The notes under the pieces are model-generated. The model was not told where the DNA came from and made no database searches. It worked only from the letters and a program-made list of their open reading frames with translations. DNA of 64,000 bases from Mobula hypostoma. Lineage: Eukaryota. Position 1 is the stretch's first letter; each line of letters begins with the position of its first letter. Location of the stretch: positions 27,094,001 through 27,158,000 of the forward strand of contig NC_086101.1 of the NCBI RefSeq assembly GCF_963921235.1, given 5' to 3'. This document shows positions 61,631 through 64,000 of this stretch, piece after piece. The position numbers and the translations under genes were made by a program.

Positions 61631-62829
61631 GATGTATGGTGGAGTGCATTACGACTGGGTGGATTACCGTTTGGTATGGAGACTTCAATGGACAGGATCA
61701 CAAGAAGTTGCAGAGTGGTTGTAGACTCTACCAGCTCCTTCATGGGCATCATCTTCCTCACCAGCAAAGACATTCTCAGCAGGCAGTGCCTCAAGAAGGT
61801 GGCATCTATCATTGGATCCAGATGTATTTGTCAATTGTACATCGAAACACACAGTGAATTGTGTTGTTTGCGATAACAACCAGCATACCCAAGAATGTGC
61901 TGGGGGCAGCCCACAAGTGTGGCCACACACTTCAGCACCAACATAGCATGTTGACTACACCTGAGACACACCCGCTTCTCATTACTACCATTGGAGAGGA
62001 AGTTCAGGAGCCTGAAGACCCATAATCAAGGTTTTAGGAACAGATTTTTCTCTCTGCCATCAGATTTATGAATGGTCTGTGAACCCACGAACACTATCTC
62101 GCCATTTCATTTGCAAAAATTTATTTATTTACTTTTATTGTCTCAGATCTTGGTCTGAAGCATTGACCATTTCTTCATTTCCACAGGCGCTGCCTGACCT
62201 GCTGTGTTCCTCCAGCATTTTGTGTGTATTGCTTTGGATTTCCAGCATCTGCAGAGGTTCTTGTCTTCATTATTTTTATTGTAACATAGTATTTTATATG
62301 GCTTGTACTGTACCAAACAGTAAATTTCATGACTTATGTCAGTGATAATAAACTTGATTCTGATCCTGACATTGCATAAACAAAGGAGCTTAATTGTCCA
62401 TTCTGTTATTTTATTAAATCACCGTATTTCAGACATTGCCCTTGTTCCATTCATTGCCTTCCAGATAAAGGGTCTCAGCCTGAAATGTTGACTGGCAATT
62501 TCCCGCTAATACATGCTGCCTGATCCGCTGAGCTCCTCCAGCATTTTGAGTGTCAGCGCTTCTCATAGACTGGAAACCATGGAATCTGGAGCAAAACCAA
62601 ACCAGCCTGCTCTGCAGATTGAGCAGGATCTGTGGAGGCAGAGGGATGGCTGACATTCTGGGTTGTGATCCTGCAGTCAGATACCGCTTGACCCACTGAG
62701 CTCCTGCAGCAGTTTGTCTTTTTTGCTCTTTCATATATGTTGTACCTGACAAAGAGTATTTGAGACAATGACAATCTATGAGGAAGTTAACACCAGCAGA
62801 GGAATGTGTTACCATTCTTGGAAAGGAAT

Positions 62830-63720
62830 AAACAGTTGACATCTCAGGCCAAGACCCTTCTTCAGGACTAGAAAGGAAGGGGGGAAGATGACAGAATAAA
62901 AAGTTGGAAGAAGAGGAAGAAGGGTAACTATGTGAAGTCAGACAGGTGGGAAGGGTAAAAGTGCTGGAGAAGAAGGAATCAGATAGGAGAGGAGAGTGAA
63001 CCACAGGAGAAAGGGAAGGAAGAGAGGACCTAGGTGGAGCTGATAGGCAGGTGAGAAGAGGTAAGGGGCCAGAGTGAGTAATAGAAGGGGGGGGGGATTT
63101 TTTTTACTGCAAGGAGAATACGGATGGAATACAAGTTGTTGCTCCTCCACTCTGAGGGTGGCCTGATCGTGTCACAAGAGGAGGCCATTGACTGACATGT
63201 TGGAATGAGAATAGGAATCTGAATTAAAATGTCTGGGCACTGGGAAGTTCCACCTTTGGTGGATGGAGCGGAGGTGCACGAAAAAGTGGTTCTCCAATTT
63301 CCGATGGGTCTCACCAATGTAGACAAAGCTGCATTAGGAGCACCAGATAAATGACCCCAACAGATTTGGAGATGCAGTGTTGCCTCAAATGGAAGGACTC
63401 TTAGGGGCCCTGAATGGAGTTGAGGGAGGAGGTGGCACTTTAGCCACTTGCAGGGAGAAGTGCCAGGAGGGAGATTAGTACGGACAAGGGCATCGTGGAG
63501 GAAAGCGGGAAGGAGGGGTAAAGATATTTTTGACAGTAAGATCCCTTTGGAGATGGCAGAAGCTGCGGAGAATGACGTGTTGGATGTGGTGTCTCATGAG
63601 GTCATCGGTAAGGATGAGAGGAACTCTATCATTGTTAAGGCAGTGGGAAGATGAGGTAAGTGCAGACATTCAGGAAGTGGAGAAGAGTGCAGGTGTTTGG
63701 GAAATCACCAAATTGTCTCT
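62830..63720 (-). mobile_element. Decayed Penelope-like element 3' part with pseudo-LTR
   Basis: Parallels 10300-11300 (ccaatttccgatgggtctcaccaatgtag). The hammerhead core is mutated (GAGA for GAAA). Confidence 0.7.
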
Positions 63721-64000
63721 GAATTTCTTGTGTTTTTGTATTACCATCCTGTTTGTTATTCCAATGCTTTAACAATGGAGAGTTTGTAGTTGTGAAATTC
63801 CTTGAGTGCATGTTCTTGGTTCTCACAGAGTTATACAGTACAGAAACAGGTCCTGTCATCTATGTTGACTGAGGTGCCCAGCTAAGCTAGTCACATTTTC
63901 CTGCATATAGCCTGGATTCCCTCGAAGGCGTTACCATCCATTCACAAATCCAAATGCCTTTTTAAATGTACCCAACTCTACTACTTTCTCTGGCAACACA

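Overview
Vertebrate genomic DNA, very probably a cartilaginous fish (ray or shark; inferred from the repeat landscape, not provable here). More than half the window is decayed repeats: CR1, Rex1/L2-type, RTE, Penelope-like, Tx1 and HERO-type LINEs, tRNA-SINEs, Tc1, Tigger and hAT DNA elements, and one solo LTR. Two genes are clear on the minus strand. RPS18 has 6 coding exons that join into the complete 152-aa protein, with a TOP promoter. PDXP (pyridoxal phosphatase/chronophin) has 2 exons, about 311 aa, and a 15.6-kb intron. On the plus strand is an unnamed Ig-superfamily receptor: one disulfide-less CEACAM/CD2-type V domain plus an Arg-containing transmembrane exon and no tail. The best leads are (1) this activating-type receptor next to RPS18, an MHC-linked marker in mammals; (2) a chain of phase-compatible, unidentified coding-like exons nested in the PDXP intron on the same strand; and (3) minimal type I hammerhead ribozymes in Penelope pseudo-LTRs, including one long open RT/GIY-YIG frame and two same-strand copies flanking the RPS18 last exon. 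All splice models were built by hand and need transcript confirmation.
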